A DNA stretch of 64,000 bases, from assembly GCF_030144855.1 (NCBI RefSeq), contig NW_026781355.1:186001-250000 (forward strand), read 5' to 3'. The DNA comes from Hypanus sabinus (Eukaryota). Below are positions 37,110 through 49,176 of this stretch, piece after piece. Numbering within the stretch: position 1 is the first letter of the stretch; each line of letters opens with the position of its first letter. The notes below the pieces were generated by a model that had not been told where the DNA came from, did no database searches, and was given only the letters and a program-made list of their open reading frames with translations. A program made the position numbers and the translations under genes.

Positions 37110-37195
37110 GCAGCAAATCGAGCAGCTTCTGTATTTCAGCGAGAGAATGAAGAAAGAACTGAAGTGTGAGAGGACTCCACACTGAAGCGCTGGAA

Positions 37196-37256
37196 ATGCT
37201 CTCTCTCCGGGTTTGTCTCTGCACCGTCCTGTTGTCCGTCTCAGTCCGGGGATACA
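37196..37256 (+). CDS. Exon 1: signal peptide of an Ig-superfamily receptor (MLSLRVCLCTVLLSVSVRGY)
   Basis: ATG at 37196, hydrophobic core, phase-1 donor TACA|GTAGGT in frame with the acceptor at 45287. Confidence 0.75.
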
Positions 37257-37689
37257 GTAGGTGTTTTCCATTGTCCCCTGTCTCCCCGCTGTCTCTCTCC
37301 TAAAGGCTCGTTTTACTTTGTGGTGCAGCGCGATCTATTTGGATGTTGGTTCTGCCCGTGGAGGGTTGGCGTTGGGACCCTGTCCTTCCCTGAGTGCTGG
37401 GGTGGACTGCCTTCTGGTGACAATGAACCCCAGTACTATTGGGAAGAGACGTCCAAGTTTGATCCCAGTTAAAGGCCGGGCACAATTCCAAGCCTGGGTG
37501 GTGATGAATTTGGAGCGAGGCTGTAGTGTGGTGGTTAGCGTGATGCTTTACATTCCCTGTGACCCAGGTTCAATTCTCTCCGCTGTCTGTACATTCTTCA
37601 GTTCTCAATGCTACTTGCGTATTTTTATTGTTTTCACGATCTTTCCCCTTTGCACATTGCACATTGGCTGTTGGACGGCCTTCAGAATC

Positions 37690-38590
37690 AGAATCAAGCT
37701 TACTATCACCGACATATGTTGAGAAACTTGTTGACTTTGTGGCGGCAGTACGATGCAATTGCTAATAACAGAGAAAAACTGAATCACAGTAAGTGTACAT
37801 ATGTGTATAAAGTAGTTAAATAATAGCACCAAAACAGACATAAAAAAGTAATGAGGTAGTATTCAGGGTTCATTGTTCATTCAGAAATCGGATGGCAGAG
37901 GGAAGAAGCTGTTCCTGAATCGCTGAGTGTGTGTCTTCAGGCTCCTGTACCTCCTGCCTGGTGGTAGCAATGAGAACAGGGCATGTCCTGGGTGATGGGG
38001 GTCCTTAATGATGAATGCTGCCTTTCTGAGGCACCACTCCTCGAAGATGTGTTGGAAACTACAGAGGCTAGAGCCATGATGGCGCCCAGTTATTTTACAG
38101 CTCTCTGCAGATTCTTTCCATCTTATGCTGTAGTTCCCCACCCCCCATCCCCCATCCCAGGCGGTGATGCAGCCAGTCAGAATGCTCCCCACCGTACGTC
38201 TGTAGAGATGGGCGAGCCTTTTACGTGACATACCAAATCTCCTCAAACTCCTGGTGAAATATAACCGCTGTCGTACCTTCTTTGTAATCACATCGACATG
38301 TTGGGACCAGGTTCGGTCCTCCGATGTTTTGAAACACCCTGGAATTTGAAACTGCTCACTCTCTCCACTTCTGATCCCTTGATGAGGATTGGTTTGTGTT
38401 CCCTCGTCTTACCCTTCTGAAGTCCACGGTCAGCTCTTTGGTCTTACTGACGTTGAGTGCAAGGTTGTTGCTGCGACACCACTCCACTAATCGGCATATC
38501 TCACTCCTGTACGCCCTCTCATCACTGCCTGAGATTCTACCAACCATGGTTGTATTGTCGGCAAATTTATAGATGGTGTTTGATTGTCAG
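37690..38590 (-). mobile_element. Rex1/Babar-type LINE 3' portion
   Basis: WCRSNNLALNVSKTKELTVDFRR; QRLYFTRSLRRFGMS...IIKDPHHPGHALFSLLP. Confidence 0.85.
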
Positions 38591-38799
38591 TGAGATGGAG
38601 ATGTTATTAGCAATCTGCACAGATTGTGGCATTCCAGTTAGGAATTCCAGGATCCAGTTGCAGAGGGAGGTACTGAGGCCCAGGTTCTGTAACTTATCAA
38701 TCAGGACTGTATCAATGATGGGTTCTTTTGTGTTTCTTTGTTCTGTGGCTGCCTGTAAGGAGAGAAATCACAAGGTTGTATAATCTATATATACATTGA

Positions 38800-38970
38800 A
38801 CTCTGAACTCCCTGTGACCTCATGGGTTTCCTCCAGGTGCTCTGGTTTTCTCCCACAATCTACTGGTTGGTGGGTTAACTGGTCTTTGTGAATTGTCCCG
38901 TGATTAGGCTCGGGTTGTTAGGCATCACGGCTCAAAAGGCCGGAGGGGGCCTATTCTGCATTGTGTCTCA
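38800..38970 (+). mobile_element. HE1/V-SINE-like SINE fragment (related copies at ~21040-21115, ~23135-23205, ~56480-56620, ~57785-58090)
   Basis: Core GGGTTTCCTCCAGGTGCTCTGGTTTTCTCCCACA is repeated across the window. Confidence 0.6.
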
Positions 38971-40989
38971 GTTAATGAATATACTTGGGAGGGGTGCCTG
39001 CGGGTGGTGGTGTTCACATCCACCCGATACCCTGATGTGGAGAGGTGGTGGCTGCTGGAATAGCAGGGCGAGTAACTGCGTTGCGTGTTGTAGATGGCGC
39101 ACACTGCGGCCACTGTGCGCTGGCGGTGGAAGGAGGGAGTACTGACTGGGTGCTCAAGTGGTCACTGTTGTCCTGCGTTGTGTGAAGTTGTAGTTGTACA
39201 AGATGTTGGTGAAGACATATTGAGTACAGAGTTGGGATGTAATATTGACGTTGAATAAGAATAACATAATAATTTATAATACGAAAGAACACATTAAGTA
39301 TCAGTACATTAGACAGCTTATATACGTGGATTGATTGTATATGCATAAAGTTTCATATGAATGACAACTTCATCATTTCCTGTCAGTAGCCTGAAGTACA
39401 GACACTCCTGAGCCTGGAGTCACTTTATGGACATAAAGTCTATCTGTCAATCTATATATCAATCTATGTATAGAAACTATCATACGTACAGTGTTTATAT
39501 TTATTGTGTTATTATTATTGTGCTCTTTATTTTATTATATTTTTGTGCTGCATTGGATCCAGAGTAACAATGGTTTTGTTCTGCTTCACACTTGTGGCCA
39601 TCTATTGAATACCAAAAGGACGCAGAGAACACTGGACAGTCCAGCACAGTACAGTCCTTCAGCTCTCAATGTTGCTCCAATCTTTTATCCTGCTCCAAGA
39701 TCAATCTAACCCTTCCCTCCCACATAACCTCCATTTCTCTTCCATCAGTGTGTCTATCTAAGTGTCCCTAATGTCTCAGCCTCTATGACCACCAGGATGT
39801 TCCACACACCCACCACTCTCTGTCAAAAACTTATTCCCTATACTTTCTGCCAGTCACCTTAAAATTAGACCCTCTCATATTAGCCAGTTCTGCTCTGGGA
39901 ATGTAAATAACTCTGTCTTGTTGGACATGGTCATAATTTGACCCCCATCTCAACCTCCCAATGAAGCCTTGTTGTTTATAGAGTCATAGAGAAGTACAGC
40001 ACTGAGACAGGCCCTTTGGCCCATCTAGATCATGCCAAAACCAGTTAATCTGCCAACTCCCATAGATCTGCACCGGAGACCATAGCCCTCCAATTCCTTC
40101 AATGTACCTCCCAAACTTTTCTCAAACGTTGAAATCGAGCTCTTTGCACCATTTATACTGTCAGCTCATTCCAGTCTCACCAGCCTCTGGGTTCCTCTTA
40201 AAATTTTCACCTTTCACCCTCTACCCGTGACCTCTGTTTGTAGTCCCACCCATCCTCAGTGGAAAAAGCCTGCTTGCATTTACCCTGTCTGTAAAGGATG
40301 CAAGATCTCCAGGCGTGCGGTTAGATCGGGGGAAGCTAAACATTGATGTAAGCAAAACTGTCACAGGTTCCACTGAAATGCATTGAAGCGAGAGGTTTCA
40401 CTGCTTGATGGCATTGAGCGGCGGTTGTAGCCCTTTTAAAAGGCCACTCTGCCCATTGACCTCAGGCTGGCTCCTTTCAAAAGCACAAACAGAAAAGATT
40501 TGGCAGATGCTGGAAATCCAGAGCCACATAAAATGCTGGAGAAACAGCAGGTCAGGCAGAATGTATGGAGGGGAATAAACTGTTGAGGTTTTGGGCCAAG
40601 ACCTTTCATCAAATTCCATACAGGTAACTGTGGGAATTGAACCCAAGTCGCTGGCTCTGTAACAGTGTAACACTAACAGCTGTACTACTGTAGCAACTCG
40701 AAATTTTAGAAGGATTTATTATCCCTCTTCACTCCATTCTCCTGCCTTCTGCATGTAACCTTTGATGCCTTTAGAAGTCAAAAACCTATCAACCTCTGCT
40801 TTAACTACACCCAATGACAGCCTCCACAAACACCTGTGGCAATAAATTCCACAGATTCAACCCCTTCTGGCTAAAGACATCCCTCCTCATCTCCATTCTA
40901 AAGGTACGTCCCTCTAAGCTGAAGCTGTGCCCTGTGGAGTAACACACAGGAAATGCTGGAGGAATTCAGCAGATCAGGCATCAACTACT

Positions 40990-43140
40990 GAGAGGAATGT
41001 ACAGTCATCGATTTGGGCTGGAAAGGACGGGGGCAGTCCACAATATCCTGAAATGGGAGGGTGAGGAGCCAGAGGTCGTGGTACATATTGGTACCAACGA
41101 CAAAGGCAGAAAAAGGGTGGAGGTCCTAAAAACAGAATACAGGGAGATCGGAAGGGAGCTGGGAAGCAGGACCTCGAAGATAGAGGAGCAAAGATCCACT
41201 CAGCCTTTTGGTTTGAGATGTGTCTATTTTCATGCAAGGAGTATCATAAACAAGATCGATTAACTGAGAGCGTGGATCAATACATTGACGTTGTGGCCAT
41301 TACAGAGACTTGGATGCCTCAGGAATAGGAATGGCTGCTGAGTATGCCAGGCTTTGGATGTTTCTAAAAGAACAGAGAGGGAGACAAAAGAGGTGGGGGC
41401 ATGACATTGCTAATTAGGGATAGTGTCAGGGCTGCAGAAAAGGAGGAAGTCATGGAGGGATGGTCTACTGAGTTAGTGTGGGTGGAGGTCACAAACAGAA
41501 AGGGGCAATAACTCTACTGGGTGTTTTTATAGACCCTGCAATAGTAATGTGGATACCGAGGAGCAGATAGGGAGACAGATTATTCTAATAATAGGGTTGT
41601 TGTGATTGGTGATTTTAACTTTCCTACTATTGACTGGAATATCCCTAGAGAGAGGGGTTTAATGGGGTGGAGTTTGTTAGATGTGTTCAGGAAGGCTTTC
41701 TGACACAATATGTAGATAAGCCAACAATAAGCTGTACCCGATCCGGTATTGGGAAATGAACCTGGTCATGTGTCAAATCTCTCGGTGGGAGAACATTTTG
41801 GAGGTAATGAACACAACTCTGTCTTCTTCACCATAGTGCTGGAGAGGGATAGGAACAGACAGTTTGGGAAAACACGTAATTGGGGTCGGGGGAAATATGA
41901 TGCTGTTAGGCAGTGTGATGAACCCCTAGGTCTATCTTGCCATGGACTGTCATTTTAAGAGAGAGTGTCTGAGTGACGTCAGCCACCAGCTTTCTCAGCT
42001 CCTGTTTGATTCTCACTAAGAGAGAGAGAGGGGCGGAACTATTCAACTCTGCAGCTTGTTTTGATTTAAGCAAGGACACTCACTCACACACAGTCAGTCG
42101 CAGTTGGAGTCGGACAAGGGAAGGAAGCCACTGACTAAGGGGTCACTGGTTGGAACTGCCGAGTGCCCACAAGGGTGGGTTGTGCATTGACCCAGCACGT
42201 TGATAAGTGGCTATCACATTGTGTGATTGGGGGCAACCTTCTGGAATCTACCTATGTGTTAACCCTTGCCTGGGTGGTAGTTCCCTTTGAAGACGGTACC
42301 CCTGTGACAAGCTACTATTGGTGATAATTCGTAAGTGGATTTGGAATGACGACGGATAAAACCTACACCGATTGCTACCCTGTTTTATCACCGTGGAACC
42401 TGTGGAATACGACATAAATGCCCTCTCTCGACATTCACCTTGGATTACAAATCTCTCTCTCACATCATTTAATCTGTGGATGAACTGAAATTTCATACCT
42501 CACCATCTCACGATTTTAAACCTGGTGCCCCCACACCCCCCGCCCCCTGAGCTCAGTAGTTTGGGAGTTATATTTACACATATGGATACTCATAATACTG
42601 TTAACTTTTGATTATTCTTGTTTACTTTGCTATATTAAATAGATACTTATAAAGATAGTGGTTTCAACATCAAAACCAGACTACAGGCGTGGTCTATTGC
42701 TGCTTGTTCATTTAAACCGTTACGGGTGCTTAACAGGCAGGAAATTAGGAGCATAAATTGGGAGCAGATGTTGTCAGGGAAATGCACGGCCAAAATGTGG
42801 CAAATGGTCAGGGATCATTTGCATGGAGTTCTGCACAGGTATGTTCCATTGAGGCAGGGAAAGGTTGGTAGGGTTAAAGAACCATGGTGTACAAAGGATG
42901 TAGAAAATCTAGTTAAGTAGAAAAGTTTACAAAAGGTTCTAGAAACTAGGTACTGTTAGAGCTCTAGAAAATTACAAGGTTGCTCAGAAGGAGTTTAAAA
43001 ATGGAATTAAGAGAGCCAGAATGAGAAGCCCTTGGTGATGAGGATTAAGAGAAGCATTGTACAAGTACGTGAAGAGCAAGAGGATGATCCGTGTGAGAAT
43101 TGGACTCATTAGGTGCGATGGTGGAAACGTGTGCACGAGA
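40990..43140 (+). mobile_element. Decayed CR1 LINE (ORF1/endonuclease region) interrupted by a solo LTR
   Basis: VVVHIGTND, CVYFHARSIINK; the CR1 sequence GTTAGGCAG|GAAATTAGGAGC rejoins across the LTR. Confidence 0.82.
41914..42735. mobile_element. Solo LTR (822 bp) with TG...CA termini and 5-bp TSD GGCAG
   Basis: GGCAG at 41909-41913 and 42736-42740; starts TGTGATG and ends TTAACA; removing it restores the CR1. Confidence 0.85.
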
Positions 43141-43204
43141 GATTGACAAACCCCCGAAACCCTGACTTGACCCCAGCCTGTAACGCTCTATATTTCAATA
43201 AGAG

Positions 43205-44510
43205 TCTGAGGTGAACTGGTTTGTCACCAAAGACACTGGCAAATTTCTACAGAGATACCTGGAGAGTGTTCTAACTGGCTGCATCACCGTCTGGTCTGGT
43301 GGGGCCACTGCTCAGGATCAGAAAGACCAGCAGAAAGTTATAAACTCAGTCAGCTCCATCGTGAGCACTGGTGTCCCCAGCACCCAGGACACCTTCAAAA
43401 TGCAACGCCTCAAAAAGGCGGCATCCATCATTACGGACCCAGCACCCAGGACATGCCCTCTTCTCATTGCCACCATCAGGGAGGAGGAACAGGAGCCTGA
43501 AGACACACACTCACCGATTCAGGATCAGTTTCTTCCCCTCCGCCAGTTAGAACACTCACCAGGTATATCTGTAGAAATTTGCCAGAGTACAGGAGCCTGA
43601 AGACACACACTCACCGACTCAGGAACAGCTTCTTCCCCTCCGCCATCAGATTTCTGAATGGTCAATGAATCCATGAGCTCTTCCTCAGAATTTTTTCACT
43701 CTTTTTGCCCAACTTGTTTATTTCCTTTCCTTAGTTTATATGCACTGACTGTAATTTATAGAATTTATTATTATACATTGCCTTGTACTGTAGCTGCAAA
43801 ACAACAAATCTCGTTGTCTATTCAATTGTTTCTATATTAAATCTGATTCTGATTCTGACGTATACCCCCCACTCCGGTCTCTACAGCAACAGACCGCAGT
43901 GTGTAGCCCACTCCTGAGTATCCATTATTGCACATATAAACCCCCCAGCCTGGACCCTCCTATGGATCACAGCCTGTTCTCAGTCCTGACTATCCATTAC
44001 TGATCATTTAGTTGTCAGGCCCTGCTCGTGTATCTGGAAGATCGCTGAAAGCCTGTGTCGATCAACTGTTGGGAAAGATGAAGGATATCTTCAATCCCTC
44101 ACTGCTGCAGTCAGAGGCCCCACCTGCTTCAAAAGGGTAACATCAGACCGGTCGGTGTCCAGGCAGAGCAGGGTGAGCTGCCTTAACGACCATCACCCAG
44201 TGGCACTCACATCTACTGCCATGAAATGCCTTGACAGGTTGGTCTTGGCTGGAATCCACTCCTGCCTCAGGAAGAGCCTGGGCCCATGGCAATTTGCCCG
44301 TCACCACAACAGGTCTACAGTGGATGCAATCTCACTGGCTTCTCACGTGGCCTTGGCTCACCCGGACAACAGCAAAACCTTTGCGCTGCTTATCGAATTG
44401 AACTTTTATATATATTTATTGTAAATAATAGTTTTTATTTTATGCTTTGCACTGTACAGCTGAGGCAAAACAACAAATGTCACGACAGATGCCGGTGATA
44501 TTAAAGCTGA
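43205..44510 (+). mobile_element. Rex1/Babar-type LINE fragments (3' part 43205-43860; RT 5' part ~44000-44510)
   Basis: ESVLTGCITVWSG...KKAASIITDP; HPVALTSTAMKCLDRLV...NRSTVDAISL. Confidence 0.78.
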
Positions 44511-45142
44511 TTCTGATTCCCCTCCCCCATGTCAGGGCCCAGTCTGTAACCCACTCCCCTGGTTTGATGGTCGTCAGGCCCACTGACATCTGAAGATCCA
44601 CTCGTGACAGTAGTGAAACTCCAGGTCTGTTTCCCAGATTTTTCACCCACTTTCCCCACCTTCCCCACCTTGACCCGGTTGCACCTGCCAGATGCATCTC
44701 CCCCAGTGGGTCCCATTCTCATCTCAGAGTATCAGGCTGGAGAGTGAGCCCTTGGTGGCCCTCCCTCAAACAACTGATTACAATCACCTCCATCTGAATC
44801 TCCTTTCCTTCCCTCTTCTCCATCTTTCACCACCTACCACATCTCCCATCTCCCTTCCCCCTCACTACCCAGCACAACCTGCCCTTAACCTTGTACCCCA
44901 CCTCAATCCTCAATCACCTCAGAATCCTGTCCCACCCCTTCTATCACCTCTGACTACTCTCTCACCCCTCCTCAGTCCATCAATCACCTCAGACTCCAGT
45001 CTCACCTCCATTTTCTCTCTGGCCATTCGACACTCCTCTATCAGTCCCGATGCAAACCAAAACCTCAACGTCCTTTCACACCCACAGATGTAGCTCCACC
45101 GGCTGAATTCCTTCAGCAGATTGTTGTTCAAATATCGATCTC

Positions 45143-45145
45143 TCG

Positions 45146-45190
<45 letters not shown>
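45143..45190 (+). repeat. Compound (TC)n(AC)n microsatellite in a long pyrimidine tract before exon 2
   Basis: Direct reading. Confidence 0.95.
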
Positions 45191-45286
45191 AATTTCTCAC
45201 TCACTCTCTCTCTCCCTCCTCTCTCATTCAGTATCTCTCTATCTCATTCACTCACATTTTCTCTCTTTCACTCTCTTTCTCTGCAG

Positions 45287-45419
45287 ACAATTCGATGAAT
45301 GGTTGGCCAATGTCCGGTGCTGATGTGGTCTCTGCGGTGGAAGGAGCCTCCGCTGTGTTACCGTGTACTTTCACCCTCCCACCGAAAGACAGCGTCTCGT
45401 CCGGCACCGTGATCTGGTA
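45287..45419 (+). CDS. Exon 2 copy A (partial, cut by gap): N-terminal part of a V-set Ig domain
   Basis: Acceptor TTTCTCTGCAG| at 45286; reads NSMNGWPMSGADVVSAVEGASAVLPCTFTLPPKDSVSSGTVIW. Confidence 0.85.
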
Positions 45420-45571
45420 NNNNNNNNNNNNNNNNNNNNNNNNNNNNNNNNNNNNNNNNNNNNNNNNNNNNNNNNNNNNNNNNNNNNNNNNNNNNNNNNN
45501 NNNNNNNNNNNNNNNNNNNNNNNNNNNNNNNNNNNNNNNNNNNNNNNNNNNNNNNNNNNNNNNNNNNNNNN
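45420..45571. other. Assembly gap (152 N)
   Basis: Run of N. Confidence 0.99.
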
Positions 45572-45938
45572 GGTTGGACAATGTCCGGCGCTGATGAGGT
45601 CTCTGCGGTGGAAGGAGCCTCCGCCGTGTTACCGTGTACTTTCACCCTCCCACCTGATGTCGCCCTGAGCGGCTCCGTGATCTGGTACAGGGAGAAACCA
45701 GGTGCTACAACACTGGTGTTTAACTGCACATATCCCGGTTCCGGCCCCTCCGGGTGCGATACAACGACACAGGAGGCTGGAGGAGGGCGGTTCGGATTCG
45801 TGGGGAACCTCAGTCGGAGAGATGCCTCGATAATGATGGAGCGACTGAACCGGAGTGACGGTGGTCAGTATTGGTGCCGGGTGGAGCTCAATGTTGGCAA
45901 CTTTCAAACGGTGGTTCTAACAAATCTGTCTGTGAGAG
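45572..45938 (+). CDS. Exon 2 copy B: V-set Ig domain D1, Siglec-15/PILR-like
   Basis: AVLPCTF (B-strand Cys), VIWYR (C-strand Trp), RFGFVGN...DASI, DGGQYWCRVEL (F-strand Cys plus Arg); phase-1 donor AGAG|GTGAGG. Confidence 0.92.
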
Positions 45939-46829
45939 GTGAGGACCGATGTTTAAGCATTGAGTTGTAAAACTACACTAATCATTTCACATTTTATCTC
46001 CCTGAAAACTCATTTTATTCATAATTTGCAAGTACATTTTGCAGGATAATAAGAAATCTACAGCACATTACAGGCCATTAGGCCCACAATGCTGTACTGA
46101 CCATGTAACCTACTCTAGAGAGATTACCTCAGGGCTCTTGAACTCAATCCCACGGCTGATGAATGCCAGTACACCAGACACCTTCTTAACACCACTGTCA
46201 ACCTGTGCAGCAGCTTTGAGTGTCCTATGGACAGAGTCCCCAAGATCCAGCTCATCCTCCACACTGCCACCAGTCTTACCATTCATTTATTCTGTATTCA
46301 GATTTGACCTACCAGAATGAATCACTTCACACTTATCTGGGTTGAACTCCACCTGTTCTACACACCCTCCACTCTCTGTGTAATGAACCTGCCTCTCACC
46401 TCTGACATCCCCCCAATACTTTCCAGGAAAAGTCTCTGGCTGTCTGCTCGATTATGCCTCTTATCATCTTGTTCACCTCTATCAAGTCACCTCTCATCTT
46501 TCTTCACTCCCAAGAGAAAGTCTCCAGCTCGCTCAACCTTTCCTCATTAAACATCCTCTCTGGTCCAGGCAGCATCCTGGTAGATCTCCTCTACATCCTC
46601 TCGAAAGCTTCCTCATCCTTCCTGTAATGAGGTGAGTGGAACTGAACTTACTTGCTGCTGCAGGTTTGATTTTCATTGCACGTCTGCCTACGTGTCTGCA
46701 CAGGTGCAGTGAAAATCCAGTTGCCGTAGCAACACGGGCGCAGAGCGTTGCATCAGAAAAGCAGCAATCAAGGTCAAGTTTATTGCCATCTGACTGTACA
46801 CAGATACAGAACGTCAAGGTGTCTTGTAC

Positions 46830-47455
46830 ATCAGTCAATGAAAGTAAGCATGCAGGTACAGCAGGCAGTGAAGAAAGCTAATGACATGCTGGCTTTTATA
46901 ATAAGAGGAATTGAGTGTAGGAGTAGCTATGATCTTTGAATCCTCTTTGGCTGCAGGGGAGGTGCCGGAGGATTGGAGAATGGCAAATGTAGTTCCCTTA
47001 TTTAAAAATGTTAATAGAGAGAATCCTGTGAACTAGACTGGTGAGTCTTACGTCGGTGCTCTGAAAACTATTGGAAAGGATTCTTAAGGATAGGATCTGT
47101 GAGCATTTGGAGAAGTCCAGTCTACTCAAGGATAGTCAACATGGCTTTGTGAAGGGAAGGTTGTGCCTCACCAGCCTGACTGAGTTTTTTGAAGAGGTAA
47201 CACAAGAAATTGATGAGGGTAGGGCAGTAGATGTGGTCTACATGGATTTTAACAAGGCATTTGACAAGGTCCCCCATGAGAGACTCATCCAGAAAGTCAT
47301 GAGGCATGGAATCAATGGAACCTTGGCTGTTTGGATGAAAAATTGGTTTACAGGAAGAAAGCAGAGGGTCGTAGTGGAAGGAGAGTATTCTGCCTGGAGG
47401 ACGGTGACTAGTGGAGTGCCACAAGGATCTGTCCTGGGACCCCTACTCTTTAAGT
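46830..47455 (+). mobile_element. CR1 RT fragments
   Basis: QHGFVKGRLCLTSLTEFFEE...DFNKAFDKVPH...[14 protein letters not shown]. Confidence 0.88.
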
Positions 47456-47529
47456 ATAACTGAGAATGCATGTAGTTTGCAGCACAGGTAAACAGTAAAC
47501 GGCTCAGTGCACTATCTTTGTAGAAAGCA

Positions 47530-47868
47530 GGGTTCACTGTAGAATTTCTTCTCAAACACACCAGCTCAGGTTGTAGAACACTTTCAGTATAGTAAGTATT
47601 ACACTGGAGAGGGTTCACAGTAGAATTCCCTGTCAAACACACCAGCTCAGGCTGTTGAACACTTTCAGTACAGTAAGTATTACACTGGAGTGGGTTCAGT
47701 GTAGAATTCCCTGTCAAACACACCAGCTCAGGCTGTTGAACACTTTCAGTACAGTAAGTATTACACTGGAGAGGGTTCACTGTAGAATTCCCTGTCAAAC
47801 ACACCAGCTCAGGCTGTTGAACACTTTCAGTAAGGTCAGTATCACACTGGAGTGGGTTCAGTGTAGAA
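47530..47868. repeat. 81-bp tandem repeat, about 4.2 units
   Basis: GGGTTCA starts at 47530, 47611, 47692, 47773 and 47854. Confidence 0.92.
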
Positions 47869-48049
47869 GAGATTCAAGTACAGATGAAGATTGTGTTCAT
47901 TGTCGTCTGAGTGTACATCTCCACAACAAAATGTAACAGCATTCCTCTGGATCACGGTGCACCCAGAAAACATCTACAGTATCACATCACACACAGCTCA
48001 TAATGCAAAATATTCCCATAGCTAAGTTAAATAGTTAGTGACTAATGCC

Positions 48050-48895
48050 ATTACACTGGACTGACTGGTGTTGTTATACTGTATTGATCAGTATTGTTAC
48101 TCTGTATTGATTAGGCTGTTACAGTATAGTGACTAGTGTTGTTATACAATACTGACTGGTGTTGTTTCATTGTGGTGATTGTGTTGTCACACTGTACTGA
48201 TTAGTGTTGTTATACTGCAGTGACTAGCATTTTTACACTGTACTGAGCAGTGTTATAATTCTGTAGTGACTAGTGCTATGACACTGTTATGCCTAGTGAT
48301 ATGCTGTTGTGACTAGAGATTTTACTCTGTAGTGTGTAGTGTTATTACACTTCAGTGAATAGACTGGTCACACTACAGTGACTGGTGTTGTTACAATGTA
48401 GTGACTGATGTTCTTACACGGTACTGGTTAATGTTGTTATACTTCAGTCGTTAGCATTATTGCACAGTAGTGGCTAGTGTTGTTACACTGTACTGATTAG
48501 TGTATTCACACCATAGTGATTAGTATTGTTTCACTGTACTGACTAGAGTTGTTACACTGTACTGATTAGTATTGTTTCACTGTACTGACTAGAGTTGTTA
48601 CACTGTACTGATTAGTGTATTCACACTGTAGTGTTTAGTATTGTTACACTGAAGTGACATTGTACAGTGACTGTATCTACTGGTGTTGTTACACTGTAAT
48701 GGCTAGTTTTGTTACACTGTACTGATTGGTGTTATACTGTACTGATCAGTGTGGTTACACTGTACTGATTGGTGTTGTTGCAGTGTATTGATTTGTGCTG
48801 TTTCACTGTAATGGCCAGTGTTTCACTGTACTGATCGGTGTTGTTAGACTGTACTGACTGGTCTTGTTGCACTCCACTGATTAGTGACAGTGTCA
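48050..48895. repeat. Degenerate ~23-bp minisatellite (GTTACACTGTACTGACTAGTGTT-like)
   Basis: Recurring TTACACTGTACTGA(C/T)TAG motif. Confidence 0.85.
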
Positions 48896-49176
48896 ATTGG
48901 TTCACCAACTGAATGTCTGAAGGGAATTAACTGTTCCTGAACGTGGTGGTGTGAGATTTAGGCTTCTCTGCCTCCAGTCCGATGGGGCTGTTTTATATTC
49001 GAAAGAGTTTCCCTAGTTTGAATGGTTTGCAATGAGTGAGACACATGTGGGGGTCTTTTCATTTTGGTGGTCACTGAGGGGAGTATTTATTGTTTTGTTG
49101 GCTGGAAATTTTGTCAGTGGTTAAACATGTTTGCTGAGGGTTAACTGATATATTCAGGCACCTGTCCTTCCCTCAG

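Noticed and set aside
47238-47936. 27-aa Cys-containing repeat ORF resembling C2H2 zinc fingers (ACACTGGAGAG is HTGE-like)
   Set aside because: The period is 81 bp rather than 84, the His pair is absent, motif order is not colinear with zinc-finger repeats, and the plus frame contains stops.
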